A DNA stretch of 64,000 nucleotides from Pyrodictiaceae archaeon (GCA_027036135.1 JALVSY010000016.1:192001-256000), one strand, 5' to 3'. Numbered from the stretch's first letter, positions 39,068 through 49,600 are shown. Numbers and translations are program-made. The notes: generated from the letters alone by a model not told the origin.

Positions 39068-39752
39068 CCCTAGTAATCTCGAATATTATCTTTTCAACCT
39101 CGCCTCTCTCAATAACATTTCTAGGAGGCCTTTTTCCAAGACATTTTTCATCGTTTATGGGCTCGCTACAGTACATTGCCTCACTAATCTCTCCGCGCAG
39201 CTCAACAGGTGGTAGTATTGCTGCCGCTCTTATCTCGCCCTTCTTTATTGACTCTATATTCGTTATAATAGTGTATGTTAATACACCTTGAGCCCTAGTC
39301 ACGTATAGTTTCCCCGCTCCGTAATGCTTAGCCACACTAAGAACTCTCACACACTCGATATCAATAGCATAAAGGGGGTCATTTTCATCGCCGAGAATGA
39401 GTCGGTACGGCAAACCATATAGTATCCTTATAGCGTACTTAGCTTTCGCGATGCTCATCCGCGCCTTCTTATCAAGACTCATAGTCCTGATCTTATCCCA
39501 GGGTAGTAGGCGCCTCGCTATCTCTTTGCTAATCTCTTGGAGCCGCTTAACGGATTCATGCTCAGCAAGCATGCGTGGAGGGAGAAAGCTATACTTTATG
39601 CTCATTAGCTGCTTCCTAGCCTCCTCTACTAAGGCCTCTAGGCTTCTCCACTCAACAACCCCAGGTATGCTACGTGCCCGGACAATATTCTCTAACAAGC
39701 CTAGGGCATGCTCAGCTACGAGTACTCGGTAATCGTTACGTGTATCACTCAT
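39060..39752 (-). CDS. tRNA-binding OB-fold (EMAP/Trbp-like) protein
   Basis: SVAKH...KLYVT...IITN...LPPVELRGEISEAM. Confidence 0.75.
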   Translation of the reverse strand: MSDTRNDYRVLVAEHALGLLENIVRARSIPGVVEWRSLEALVEEARKQLMSIKYSFLPPRMLAEHESVKRLQEISKEIARRLLPWDKIRTMSLDKKARMSIAKAKYAIRILYGLPYRLILGDENDPLYAIDIECVRVLSVAKHYGAGKLYVTRAQGVLTYTIITNIESIKKGEIRAAAILPPVELRGEISEAMYCSEPINDEKCLGKRPPRNVIERGEVEKIIFEITRAK

Positions 39753-39801
39753 CCCGAAACCATTCCCCTATCTCGGAGAACCTGGTAAGGGGCAAAACAA
39801 G

Positions 39802-40149
39802 TTACTCCTCTATATCCGCAAGGCGCTCGAGAGCTAAGCGTAGCTGACCAAGCACAAGCCTCTTCTTACTAACTAGCTTAGAAACAAGCTCGTCAACACC
39901 TCTAGCAAACGCGTAAACACCGTAGGGAGTATAGAGAAGCTCGTCGCAATGCCACATATACGGCTTAACACTACCCTCAGCAACCATCTTCACGTAAACC
40001 CAGCCATCATGCTCGGACACAGCTATAAGGACACCATCACCACCATCACAGTACAAGAGCGTGCATCCAGGCTTCTCCTCGACAACGCCTATCTTCGAGC
40101 ACATGCCGCGCTCCTTTAGAAGCTTCCTCACCGCTTCAGCCAACGTCAT
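39802..40149 (-). CDS. Hypothetical protein
   Basis: ORF with GAGG SD. Confidence 0.6.
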   Translation of the reverse strand: MTLAEAVRKLLKERGMCSKIGVVEEKPGCTLLYCDGGDGVLIAVSEHDGWVYVKMVAEGSVKPYMWHCDELLYTPYGVYAFARGVDELVSKLVSKKRLVLGQLRLALERLADIEE

Positions 40150-40257
40150 ACCGTGTTACCTCGCCTCTTCCTCTATGCAGCAACATCGCTAGCAGAGATA
40201 ATTAAACCCCAACGCCGAGCCAGAATACGACACAGGAACAACCCACTATCGCAATCT

Positions 40258-40323
40258 ACATGATGACCCCGCGCCTCCAGAGCGAAACAGCCTACGCGAT
40301 GAAGAAGGTCTTGAGTGCTGACC
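40258..40323 (+). ncRNA. C/D box sRNA
   Basis: C ATGATGA 40260, D' CAGA 40278, C' ATGAAGA 40299, D CTGA 40318. Confidence 0.8.
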
Positions 40324-40466
40324 TAGGTTTGTGTAGTCAAGTACAATTCTTGGTATAATTAATGAGTCCTATTAAAGTGAGGAATCTTATTTATTAAAGT
40401 CTTTTTTATATTAGTTAAAAATTATAAAAGATTAGAGAGAATTTTAGTATTAGCGATTACATGTTC

Positions 40467-40841
40467 TTACTCTACTGTTATGTCCTTTCTTTCTTCCCAT
40501 ATTCCGTGGAGGTTGCAGTAGGCTAGGGCATATATTGTGCCGCTTTTCTCTAGCTTGACCTTTATCGTTATCTCTGGCTCTGAGTAGACTGGTTCGAGCT
40601 CAATACTGGCTATTCTTATTGGGTTGAATACTCTGCCTTCCTCGTAGAACCATAGCTCTATTCTCCTAATGGAGTGCTGGGGTTCATTAGGGTGTGGGCC
40701 TACTTTGACTTTTACCTCAAAGGGCTCGCCTTTCTTTACCTTGTCTGGTGCTTCTAGCTTCGGTGTGTGGCTTTCGGCCTTGGTTGCTACTGGTCCTCCG
40801 GCTTCCTTTGTGTATATGAGTTCTCCGAATTTCTTAGCCAT
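40467..40841 (-). CDS. sor: Superoxide reductase (neelaredoxin-type)
   Basis: ESH, HPNEPQHSI, YCNLHGIWE. Confidence 0.88.
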   Translation of the reverse strand: MAKKFGELIYTKEAGGPVATKAESHTPKLEAPDKVKKGEPFEVKVKVGPHPNEPQHSIRRIELWFYEEGRVFNPIRIASIELEPVYSEPEITIKVKLEKSGTIYALAYCNLHGIWEERKDITVE

Positions 40842-41035
40842 GGGTTGTTCACCGTGTTAGTGTTTATAGTTATTTGTGAGTAGAAATAGTTTTTGTTTTG
40901 TGGTTGCTTTAAAGGGATTTACTAACCCAATTTGTTTAACTCACGTTTACATAGTGTAGGTATAGAAGCACCTCTTATCACCGATTCGAATATTATAAGC
41001 TAGGCTCCCTTTAGGTAAGGCGAGGAGACTATGCA

Positions 41036-42454
41036 ATGCACGTAAAGATTATTGCCTCCCTTGGTCCCTCAACGCGCGAGGAGAGCATTATTGAGAGATT
41101 AATTCTATTGGGCGCGACTGGTTTCCGAATAAACTTTGCCCACGGTGACCCTAGTTTCTGGGAAGAGCTTATCAAGGCTGTTAGAGGAGCCGAGGAGAAG
41201 CTGGGACGACCCGTAGCTATTATGGGCGACCTTGTCGGCCCAAGTATCCGTCTAGGCATCCTAGAAGAGCCGGTTACGTTGAACCCAGGCGATAAGGCTA
41301 GTATTGTCCTAGCTGAGCACGCGAAGGGCAGGAAGGAAGCTGTTATTCCTCTTCCTCTCGAGAGGTTCTTTGCAGAGATAGAAGAAGGTGACATTATTAT
41401 TATGGACGATGGTCGTGTTCGTCTCCGTGTCATAGAGGTTGCAGGCGACCAGGTAATTGTTGAGGCACTTACTCCTGCACGGATAACTTCTCGTAAAGCG
41501 ATAGTTGTCCAGGGCAAGGAGTTCAGCTTGCCAGCTATAACGGAGAGGGATCTTGAAGCAATAGACTTCGCGGTACGAAATGACTTCGACTACATATCGC
41601 TAAGCTATGTGCGCGATGCCGAGGATCTCCGCGTTCTCCGGAAAATCGTGCACGATAAGGGCGGTGAACAAGCAATAGCTGCTAAGATCGAGACCCGGAG
41701 CGCTGTCGAGAACCTTGAGCAAATAGTTGAGGAAGCCGACCTAGTTGTTGTCGCGCGGGGCGACCTGGGCATGAACTATGGCTTAGAGGAGGTCCCGCTG
41801 CTACAAGAAAGGATAATAGATGAGGCAAGGAGGCGGGGAAGGCCCGTTGTTGTTGCTACCCAGGTCCTGGAAAGCATGGTTAATTCCCCTACCCCTACGA
41901 GGGCAGAGGTAACTGATGTCTATGTCGCGGTAAGCCAGGGTGTTGATGCAATAATGCTTACAGGTGAGACCGCTATTGGGCGTTACCCTGTTGAGACCAT
42001 TAAGTGGCTGAGGAAGATACTGAGACGCGCTGAGGAGAACATTGCTGTAAACCGGTACCCGCCTCAGGAGACCAGGTGGGCATATGCCAATAGCATTGTT
42101 GAGACAGCTGAGGCTATTGGCGCTGATGCCATATTAGTGTTCTCCATGGGCGGCTCTCTCCCACCAAAGATAGCGGCGTCGAGGCCATATGTACGCACCG
42201 TTATAGGTACTCCCAGTAAGCGTATAGCTAGGAAACTGTCTATACTATGGCGCCTAGACGTGCTCCTAGTCAATGCCGGGAGCTACGAGGAGGGACTTGC
42301 TAGGCTCGAGGAGGAGCTGTGCAGGAAAGGCGAATTATCTATAGGCGACACGGTTATCGAGGCTTATCGCTCCAATAACGAGAACAGAGTAATAATAAAA
42401 CAAATACTTAGCTGCCAGAGCGGAGTCAAGTCATCCCCCAGCACTCCTAGCTAA
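41036..42454 (+). CDS. pyk: Pyruvate kinase
   Basis: KIIASLGPS, RINFAHG, AKIE, VARGDLG, ATQVLESM. Confidence 0.96.
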   Translation: MHVKIIASLGPSTREESIIERLILLGATGFRINFAHGDPSFWEELIKAVRGAEEKLGRPVAIMGDLVGPSIRLGILEEPVTLNPGDKASIVLAEHAKGRKEAVIPLPLERFFAEIEEGDIIIMDDGRVRLRVIEVAGDQVIVEALTPARITSRKAIVVQGKEFSLPAITERDLEAIDFAVRNDFDYISLSYVRDAEDLRVLRKIVHDKGGEQAIAAKIETRSAVENLEQIVEEADLVVVARGDLGMNYGLEEVPLLQERIIDEARRRGRPVVVATQVLESMVNSPTPTRAEVTDVYVAVSQGVDAIMLTGETAIGRYPVETIKWLRKILRRAEENIAVNRYPPQETRWAYANSIVETAEAIGADAILVFSMGGSLPPKIAASRPYVRTVIGTPSKRIARKLSILWRLDVLLVNAGSYEEGLARLEEELCRKGELSIGDTVIEAYRSNNENRVIIKQILSCQSGVKSSPSTPS

Positions 42455-42455
42455 C

Positions 42456-43277
42456 CTAGACACAACCCGTCATAGCGCCGTCGAGTACTAGTGTCGAGCC
42501 GTTCATGTACTCGCTTAGTGGAGACAAGAGGTAGGCTAGGAGAGCGCCTAACTCCTCTGGCTTAGCTACTCTTCTTAGAGGAGTCATTTCTATGACGAAT
42601 CTCCTCCATGCCTCCTCAAAGCTAATTCCATGCCTTTCTGCGATCCTGGCTATGCTCCTCCTGGCACCAGGGGTATCAAAGCTGCCCAGCAGCACCGTGT
42701 AGGCTCTTATACCATTACCTGCGTACCGTAGAGCTATGCTCTTGGATAACTGTACTAATCCTGCCCGAGCGGTATCAGCTAAAGCGAAGACAGGCATAGG
42801 GTGCTTCACGGAGACCGATGAAAGGAAGACCATTACACCGCTACGCTTCTCCGCCAAGAGCTTCCTTATGTAGAGTGATGCTATGTAGCCAGGTGCTACT
42901 AGGTGGTGTTTAGCCGCCTCAACCCAGTCATCGTAACTTGCCTCGTGTATGTAACACGGCTCGCACGAGATGTTGCCTATGTTGAATATTATTGCGTCTA
43001 GCCCGCCTAGTCTGCGCCATGCCTCGCTAAGCACATTCTCTATTCCATCCCTTAGCGTTATATCAGCTCTGATGGTAATAGGGCTTTGACCCGTGGAGCT
43101 GCGTATCTCGTTCGCTGCCCTAGCTAGATTCTCTTGGCTCCTAGACACGATTGCTACTCTTGCACCAAGCCTTGCTAGTTCACGTGCAGTGAAGAAACCT
43201 ATCCCCTTCGTGGAGGCTGTCACCAGCACCCTCTTACCGCTAACCAGCTTGCTGAGAGCAGTGTACTGCTCGCTCAA
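42456..43277 (-). CDS. SDR family oxidoreductase
   Basis: VLVTASTKGIG, SEYMNGSTLVLDG. Confidence 0.88.
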   Translation of the reverse strand: MSEQYTALSKLVSGKRVLVTASTKGIGFFTARELARLGARVAIVSRSQENLARAANEIRSSTGQSPITIRADITLRDGIENVLSEAWRRLGGLDAIIFNIGNISCEPCYIHEASYDDWVEAAKHHLVAPGYIASLYIRKLLAEKRSGVMVFLSSVSVKHPMPVFALADTARAGLVQLSKSIALRYAGNGIRAYTVLLGSFDTPGARRSIARIAERHGISFEEAWRRFVIEMTPLRRVAKPEELGALLAYLLSPLSEYMNGSTLVLDGAMTGCV

Positions 43278-43301
43278 GGCCTTATAGCCTTGGAGTAATT
43301 A

Positions 43302-43973
43302 CTATGTTAAAGCCCCTTCTAGTATCTTTATGCAATCCGGAGGCACATACTCTACGAGATAGACTGATTTACCAGCCTTAGAGACCCGGTAACCCTTGCG
43401 ATAAAGACACCTAGTATCAATAAGGAGAACCACAATATTCCTGCCATGCCTCTTCGCAGTATCTATTGCGTCCTCAATGCTGTTGGTTAGGTGAACCGCT
43501 ATCCTCTTCATGGGCCTAAGTCCTTCTCTCAGTATACTCGGAACTCGCTGAGCAATAGTCCCGTGGTATAATACTGGAGGTACCTCGTCTAAGGATAATT
43601 CCCGGTGCCCAAGCCTAATAGACACGCTATGACCATAGCTAGCTCTTATGAAGCGACCATTGTCTCGGAGCTGGAAACGCCCCTTGGGATCAAGAAGTGC
43701 AACAGCCACTATGTGCTCGGGGGTAACCCATTGGTATTGCTCACGGTTACGCCATCTCTCCCTAATAGCCCTTGCTAGCTCATGGACACTAACCCAGCCC
43801 TCCTCGTCCAGTTGCAGTCCCGCCTCCCAGGGTATATGCCTTAGCAGTGCGCTCATTAGCTTGCTTAAGCGGAGCCTTTGCTGAGGCGTAAGCAAGAGCT
43901 GGGCTGGTTTCCCGCAGTGAATAGGCTCCTCCGTGTAGGCGCCGCATACCCTGCACTTGTAGATCGGCCTCAA
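43302..43973 (-). CDS. kptA: RNA 2'-phosphotransferase (Tpt1/KptA)
   Basis: LLRH, KGRF, IRASYGHS, LYHGT. Confidence 0.93.
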   Translation of the reverse strand: MRPIYKCRVCGAYTEEPIHCGKPAQLLLTPQQRLRLSKLMSALLRHIPWEAGLQLDEEGWVSVHELARAIRERWRNREQYQWVTPEHIVAVALLDPKGRFQLRDNGRFIRASYGHSVSIRLGHRELSLDEVPPVLYHGTIAQRVPSILREGLRPMKRIAVHLTNSIEDAIDTAKRHGRNIVVLLIDTRCLYRKGYRVSKAGKSVYLVEYVPPDCIKILEGALT

Positions 43974-43978
43974 GCTCT

Positions 43979-45238
43979 CTAGGCCTCTCTCCTTTCTCCT
44001 TCATTCTTCTCGTCCCTAACTATCCTAGTCGCCTCCTCAGCAAGCGCTACAGCCCTCTCATACGCCTCTAGAACAGTCTTGGCTATGACACTAACGGCCT
44101 CCTCCGGCGAGACACTTGGCACCTCTGGTAAATCCTCTACCCATAAGCTCCGATACATCTCCTCAACGCTTTTACCACTAAGCTCCTCTAGTCGCTGACG
44201 CTCAAGCATCGTCTTTGCTAGGTACATTTTCTTGGCTAGGATGGGATGGAACCGCCATAAGTGCTGCTCTCTGTAGTCCTCCCACGGTATTCCCTCCTGC
44301 TCATAGCGCCTCTTATAGCTAACACGTATAGCATCCTCTATTAGACCCGGATCCTCCACGAGGCTAAAGACGTGCTCCCCTAGCTCATGTAGCGACTTGT
44401 ACGGGCAGAACGTGCAAGCTACACGCGGCAAACCATCTAGGTAATCAGGATGAACAACCGCGTTCTCACGCACGACCTTTACAACGTCAAGGAGTGTCCA
44501 CACGTATATCGGTCTAAACCTACCACCACTATAGAGGCGCGGCATACGTGGCGACATGTGATAAAGCCTGTAGAATCTCTTAAATGCCTCCGTCATGCGA
44601 TCGCCGTCAGCTACTACATGGGGTCTTCTACGCTTCTTTAGCCGCTTTATTGGGCGAAGCTTCATGTACGTGCACCATCGCCTCCCGCGGAACGGCAATC
44701 CTTCCTCAAGCAGCCTCTTGCGCATAAGGCTTCTATCAGCCTCCACGACCTCTAGCTCCGCGCCTATACGCTCAGCTGCTTTTACCGCGAAGTCTATGTT
44801 TCGTTCAGCCTCGAGAAAAGATACATGACTATAAACAGCATAGACATTCATATCCTTAATAATCTTTGAGAGTTCCACAACTGTTTTCAGCACTGATGCG
44901 CTATCCTTTCCCCCGCTAAAATTAACCATAATAGTTTTGCCTTGGAGCTCCTCGCCGTAACTACGTGCTACCCACTCCACGTAGCTACTCAGATCACGGA
45001 CAACGTAGACAAGGGGCCATGGAATATCCTCCACGAGGCGTGCATACTCTATCCTAATACTACCTATCTCCAAGACGCCGCCTCTAACGAAGCCGCTAAC
45101 GAGTAGGGCGCGATCAGGGCTAATCCACATGTAGGAGCCAAGCAGTCTACCATCGTTGCTAAATACTAGTGTAAAGTCAGCCGAAGATAACACGTATCCC
45201 GTTACATCACCGGAGCGAAGCACCGGGTACCGCTCCAT
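43979..45238 (-). CDS. PAPS reductase family protein
   Basis: FSGGKDS, RWCTYMK, RVACTFCP. Confidence 0.85.
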   Translation of the reverse strand: MERYPVLRSGDVTGYVLSSADFTLVFSNDGRLLGSYMWISPDRALLVSGFVRGGVLEIGSIRIEYARLVEDIPWPLVYVVRDLSSYVEWVARSYGEELQGKTIMVNFSGGKDSASVLKTVVELSKIIKDMNVYAVYSHVSFLEAERNIDFAVKAAERIGAELEVVEADRSLMRKRLLEEGLPFRGRRWCTYMKLRPIKRLKKRRRPHVVADGDRMTEAFKRFYRLYHMSPRMPRLYSGGRFRPIYVWTLLDVVKVVRENAVVHPDYLDGLPRVACTFCPYKSLHELGEHVFSLVEDPGLIEDAIRVSYKRRYEQEGIPWEDYREQHLWRFHPILAKKMYLAKTMLERQRLEELSGKSVEEMYRSLWVEDLPEVPSVSPEEAVSVIAKTVLEAYERAVALAEEATRIVRDEKNEGERREA

Positions 45239-45331
45239 TCAGCCACCCATGGGAAAACTAGGAAGAAGCATATCCCCCTTTAGAAGGCTCCCATTGTTAA
45301 AAATACTGTTCGGCAGGAATGCTTCAATGAT

Positions 45332-46348
45332 CTAGAATGGTGAGTAGCCTTCGCGGAGCCATTTAGCCACATCGAGAGCATGATAGGTTATTATTATGTC
45401 TGCTCCGGCTCTTTTTATAGCGGTCAGTATCTCGAACGTGACCAGTTTCTCGTCTATCCAGCCCTTCTCTGCAGCTGCTTTGACCATTGAGTATTCGCCG
45501 CTAACGTTGTATGCTGCTAGCGGGTAGTGCGGATAATTCTCTTTCACAAGCCTGATCACGTCCAGGTAGGCTAGTGCTGGCTTAACCATCAGTATGTCAG
45601 CACCCTCTTCTATGTCGAGGAAGGCCTCCTTAATGGCCTCGTAGGCATTGCGTGGATCCATTTGATAGCTACGCCTATCCCCGAAACGCGGCGCTGAGTC
45701 AGCAGCCTCTCGGAAGGGGCCATAGAATCCACTAGCGTATTTCACAGCATAGCTCATAATGCCTACCTCCGTGTAGCCCTCGTCGTCGAGTGCCTCCCTT
45801 ATTGCGCCAACCATTCCATCCATCATCCCGGAGGGGGCGACGAAGTCCGCACCAGCCTCCGCGTGAACTACAGCCATCCGGGAGATAACGTCGAGTGTCG
45901 AGTCATTGTCTATTAGGCTGCGCCCATGCTTCTCAACGGGTATACCACAGTGCCCATGGCTTGTATATCCACATATGCATACATCCGTGAAGATTACGGG
46001 TTCTTCGCCAAACTCTTTCCTTATAAGCCGAATCGCTTGGGGAACTGGACCGTTGGGGTCATAGGCTGCTGAGCCTAGGTGATCCTTTTTCTCGGGCAGC
46101 GGTATACCGAATAGTAGGAATACTTTAACACCATTCTCGAGAGCCTCTCCCACGACTTTGACAACGTCGCTTACTGGGTAGCGGTAGTAACCAGGCATGG
46201 CCTCTATGGGCTCCGGTTTATCCAAGCCCTCTTTGACGAATATGGGCATAATTAGGTCATCGATGCTTAGCTTCGTCTCGGCCACTAGGTCGCGTATTCC
46301 CTTTGTTAGGCGGAGCCTACGTGGCCTTGTTTGAGGAAAAAGAGGCAT
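45332..46348 (-). CDS. hemB: Porphobilinogen synthase
   Basis: DVCICGYTSHGHCG, APSGMMDG, MVKP, YNVSGEY. Confidence 0.97.
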   Translation of the reverse strand: MPLFPQTRPRRLRLTKGIRDLVAETKLSIDDLIMPIFVKEGLDKPEPIEAMPGYYRYPVSDVVKVVGEALENGVKVFLLFGIPLPEKKDHLGSAAYDPNGPVPQAIRLIRKEFGEEPVIFTDVCICGYTSHGHCGIPVEKHGRSLIDNDSTLDVISRMAVVHAEAGADFVAPSGMMDGMVGAIREALDDEGYTEVGIMSYAVKYASGFYGPFREAADSAPRFGDRRSYQMDPRNAYEAIKEAFLDIEEGADILMVKPALAYLDVIRLVKENYPHYPLAAYNVSGEYSMVKAAAEKGWIDEKLVTFEILTAIKRAGADIIITYHALDVAKWLREGYSPF

Positions 46349-46454
46349 GCCTTATCCCACCCTCTCCTGCCAATAAGAGATGCTAAGCTTCCTGCAAATT
46401 AATTCGCTACCCTCTGTGCTCCTAAGGATCTGGTGACACACCATACCTCGGCAC

Positions 46455-47051
46455 GTGCTAGTGGTATTCCATAGACCTGGTAACCCCTCTGAGGCATCAA
46501 AGCTGCTAGCAGAGCTAAGAAGGCTTGTAGAGAGCCATTGCGAGTGCTCATTAATTTTGAAGCAATTAGACGAGGTTACTGTGGATGATTGCAGGGATAC
46601 GCACGAACACATACTCTTGTTACCTACAAGAGGCGGACACTGGCTAGAACTTATAGAGAGAGACTGCAAGCCAGAAATACTGCCCCCGTACCTACTCGCG
46701 CTTAGCATCACAAGGCAACTAGCAAGAATCAATGCTAAGAAGCCCCTACTAGTAGCGCTAAGAGCCAGGAGAGCAAAACAGCTCCAGGACAGGGATCTGC
46801 AAGTACTGACTAGGATAATGAGGCTGCACGGATACAACCCCGAAATAACAATGCTACAAAAAACAACAGATACTATACCTACTATACCAGATGCAGAAGC
46901 TGACTCCGTAGTTCCCCTCGCAATCCTTCCCGGCAAACTAGTAGATAACGCGGCCAACTACGCAAAGCAGAAAACAATACCAAGCCTAGGCCCAATACTG
47001 AGCTACGCCACCATAGACATAGCCTCGTGGATAACTAGTATAGCAGAGTAG
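46455..47051 (+). CDS. Hypothetical protein, possibly a divergent CbiX/sirohydrochlorin chelatase
   Basis: Weak VVFH, GGH, VVPLAILPG; divergent from hemB. Confidence 0.4.
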   Translation: MLVVFHRPGNPSEASKLLAELRRLVESHCECSLILKQLDEVTVDDCRDTHEHILLLPTRGGHWLELIERDCKPEILPPYLLALSITRQLARINAKKPLLVALRARRAKQLQDRDLQVLTRIMRLHGYNPEITMLQKTTDTIPTIPDAEADSVVPLAILPGKLVDNAANYAKQKTIPSLGPILSYATIDIASWITSIAE

Positions 47052-47127
47052 CCAAAACCATAAACCCCCTTACACACTTAAGAGAAACCACAAGGAGGAA
47101 CCTAGGAGGCACCAAGGCGCCGCCGAA

Positions 47128-47459
47128 GAGGGCTCCGCGCGGGTAGGGCCGGGGGCTCGCCCTCCCCCACGCCCGAAGCTGGGCGCAACGCGGGGGCCAG
47201 TAACCCGTGTTGGCGGTGTTGGCTCCCACAGCGGCCCTGGCTGACCAATGACCCCCGTCCCGCGGGGCCGGCGGCGGCGGAGCCCCCTCCGGAGGGAGGG
47301 AGGCTACCGCCCTTACCGGGGGAACCAGGCCAGGCCCGGAAGGGAGCAACCTAACCCCGGACGCCCGGCGTTCGCGGGGAAGCGGGGTGAGGCAACAGCC
47401 AGGATAACCGCTGTGGGAGCCAACACCGCCAACACGGGGGCCGCGCGGGCCCTCGGTAT
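47128..47459 (+). ncRNA. ffs: SRP (7S) RNA, flanked by a bulge-helix-bulge motif
   Basis: Helix 8 GCCAGGCCCGGAAGGGAGCAAC, helix 6 GGAG tetraloop, Alu-like GGGTAG, helix 1 AGGGC/GCCCT. Confidence 0.93.
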
Positions 47460-47505
47460 AGGCGCGGTTCTCCTAATTACCCCCTTGCTGCTAGTTATCC
47501 GTAAG

Positions 47506-47593
47506 TGGCCCGGGTATCGCCCGGTGACGGCGCCGCGTAACGGCGCTGGGATGATGCCGGGTATCCGTTCCAGGCCCCTCTTAGCGGGGCACA
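47506..47593 (+). ncRNA. Candidate K-turn-containing (H/ACA-like) sRNA
   Basis: CCCGG-TGA-CGGCGCC...GGCGCTG-GGATGA-TG-CCGGG hairpin, terminal ACA, then a T-rich tract. Confidence 0.45.
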
Positions 47594-47666
47594 TTTCTTT
47601 CTCGTAGTTGTCTTGTTTTGGCGAGAAGAGGGTAGTGGCGGAGATAATCTGTTCCCTATGCACGTG

Positions 47667-48146
47667 TTAATCTGTTATCGCTATGTATTCTGGTAGCCAG
47701 GTTAGGAGCTCCTCTATTACCTGGTCTGGGTCTGTTATTTCCTCTACCTCTCCTTCTTCGGCCGATATTATTCCTTGGAGTGCATGAACTATTGCTGATA
47801 GTATGGGTGTATAGGACTCTCTTGTTAGCCTGGAGAGCTTGTCTGCCACACTGGCTATTTTGTCCCAGGCATTCTCGCCCTCAATTGCTATGCAGAAGTC
47901 GTCTGGCTCCTCGAGGCCAAAGTGACATACAAGGTATAGTTTATCGCTGATCCTTACTGCTACTATCCGTGAGCCCCGGTACTCCTCGGCTGCGACCACC
48001 TTGTCACTCATCCCTTTCTCTATTATCTCGCGTAAGGGAAGTCGCTGAGTTGGTGGACCGTTTATGCTTCCCCTTAGCCTTAGTCCCCTGAGGGGCTCAA
48101 GCGCCTCGTAGACGTCGTTGTACTTGACTGTTACCTGCATGCTCAC
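47667..48146 (-). CDS. Hypothetical protein
   Basis: Clean ORF with GAGGAG SD. Confidence 0.65.
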   Translation of the reverse strand: MSMQVTVKYNDVYEALEPLRGLRLRGSINGPPTQRLPLREIIEKGMSDKVVAAEEYRGSRIVAVRISDKLYLVCHFGLEEPDDFCIAIEGENAWDKIASVADKLSRLTRESYTPILSAIVHALQGIISAEEGEVEEITDPDQVIEELLTWLPEYIAITD

Positions 48147-48222
48147 GGCTTCTTCTCCTCAACTCCGTTGTCTCCGGGTATCCTAGGCCTGGGTAGCGGA
48201 GTATTTAAGCAGGGCCTTGGCC

Positions 48223-49521
48223 TCATAGCTTTACTAGCTTGGCTATGAAGAAGCCCTGGGTGCGGTGAACATGGGGTAGCATTCTCTGGGTCTTCGGCAG
48301 GGCCTTTGGCCTCTCCCCTATTACTGGCTCGGGCTCTGAGAGCTCAGCCTCCATGAGTTCTCGGATTACTCGCCTTATTACCCAGATAGTCTCACTATAC
48401 GTGAGAGTACAGACGCTATAGACTATGGTTGCTCCTCTCGGAGCTGCCTCGAGGATTGACCGGAGCATCCGGTACTGGAGTCTTCGGAAGAACTTGATAT
48501 CTCCGCGGCTTAGCCACATCTTTACCTCGGGCTCATACTGTAGCCTACCGATGTCGCTGCAAGGGGGATCAATTATCGCTGTACCGATGCGCGAGATGTA
48601 AGGGCTACGTGCATCCCCCACGACAAGGTCTACGAGGTGTCCTAGTCTTAGCCTCCTGAGGGTATGTCTTGCCTCATTGAGTCTCTTAGCCTTTACATCG
48701 CCTGCTACCACATATCTAGCCCCTAGCCATGCTAGGTGGGTGGCCTTTATCGCTGCACCCGCCGTAGGGTCAATACCTACTCGGCCCTGGGGCTTTGCTA
48801 CATACCCTACAAGGGCTGATGCCTTGTCCTGTAAGACGAAGAGACCCTCTTGGTACTCTCGCGTATGTGGGGCCTTAGAGGCACCCTTAACTATCATCGC
48901 GACATCATACAAGTCTTTGTCGGGCTCAATTACTACGCCGTATCTTGCTAGTCTCGTAGCTAGACTAGCTACACTTATCCATGGGCTTACTCGGAGCCAT
49001 CGCGTCGGATCCCTATTAAGGCTCTGGAGGAGCTGGGCAACGTTCTCTATGCCAGCGCTTAGTAGCTCCTCTATTATCCACCGAGGAAAACTGTAGAGTA
49101 CACTAAGCCTGTCAACGCCCCCTAGCCCCTTCACGAATTCTCTCGGATTAGCGCCACGAAGCTCTAGTAATTTATCAGTATCGATGCCTATCTTTGGTGC
49201 AAGTTTCCGAGCCCTACTAGGCTTTAGTTTCCCGCTCAGCGCCTCAAAGACCAGTACTCTCGCGGTCATCCACTTAACTGAGTGGCTTGGCGGCCCATAG
49301 CCCAGGCTTGTAAGCACGTGATCGAGCAATATGTAGTTACGGGCAACTCCCAGGCTTAGTACACGAACTATAGGCTTCATGTATCCTAGCTCGGGGTTTC
49401 TCGAGAAGAATCGTATCGCTACATCGCGTAATGATGTGCGTAGCCGTACCGAGTCCGCTAATATTATTGCTGCTACTTCCTCCGGCAGCATGCTGCGTGA
49501 CCCTCTTCCCTCTTGTTTCAT
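48223..49521 (-). CDS. RsmB/NOP2-family RNA m5C methyltransferase
   Basis: QDKAS, IDPPCS, VYSVCT. Confidence 0.88.
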   Translation of the reverse strand: MKQEGRGSRSMLPEEVAAIILADSVRLRTSLRDVAIRFFSRNPELGYMKPIVRVLSLGVARNYILLDHVLTSLGYGPPSHSVKWMTARVLVFEALSGKLKPSRARKLAPKIGIDTDKLLELRGANPREFVKGLGGVDRLSVLYSFPRWIIEELLSAGIENVAQLLQSLNRDPTRWLRVSPWISVASLATRLARYGVVIEPDKDLYDVAMIVKGASKAPHTREYQEGLFVLQDKASALVGYVAKPQGRVGIDPTAGAAIKATHLAWLGARYVVAGDVKAKRLNEARHTLRRLRLGHLVDLVVGDARSPYISRIGTAIIDPPCSDIGRLQYEPEVKMWLSRGDIKFFRRLQYRMLRSILEAAPRGATIVYSVCTLTYSETIWVIRRVIRELMEAELSEPEPVIGERPKALPKTQRMLPHVHRTQGFFIAKLVKL

Positions 49522-49600
49522 GGAGGGCTATCTACATGGCTAGCAATATAGTTTTACAAGAGAGGTTGCACCAGTACTTAGCTGAGCACTAGCTGGGGGA

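Noticed and set aside
47035-47663. ORFs with the repeated peptide AVGANTANTG; possible MITE with terminal inverted repeats
   Set aside because: Explained by the SRP RNA helix 5 duplex
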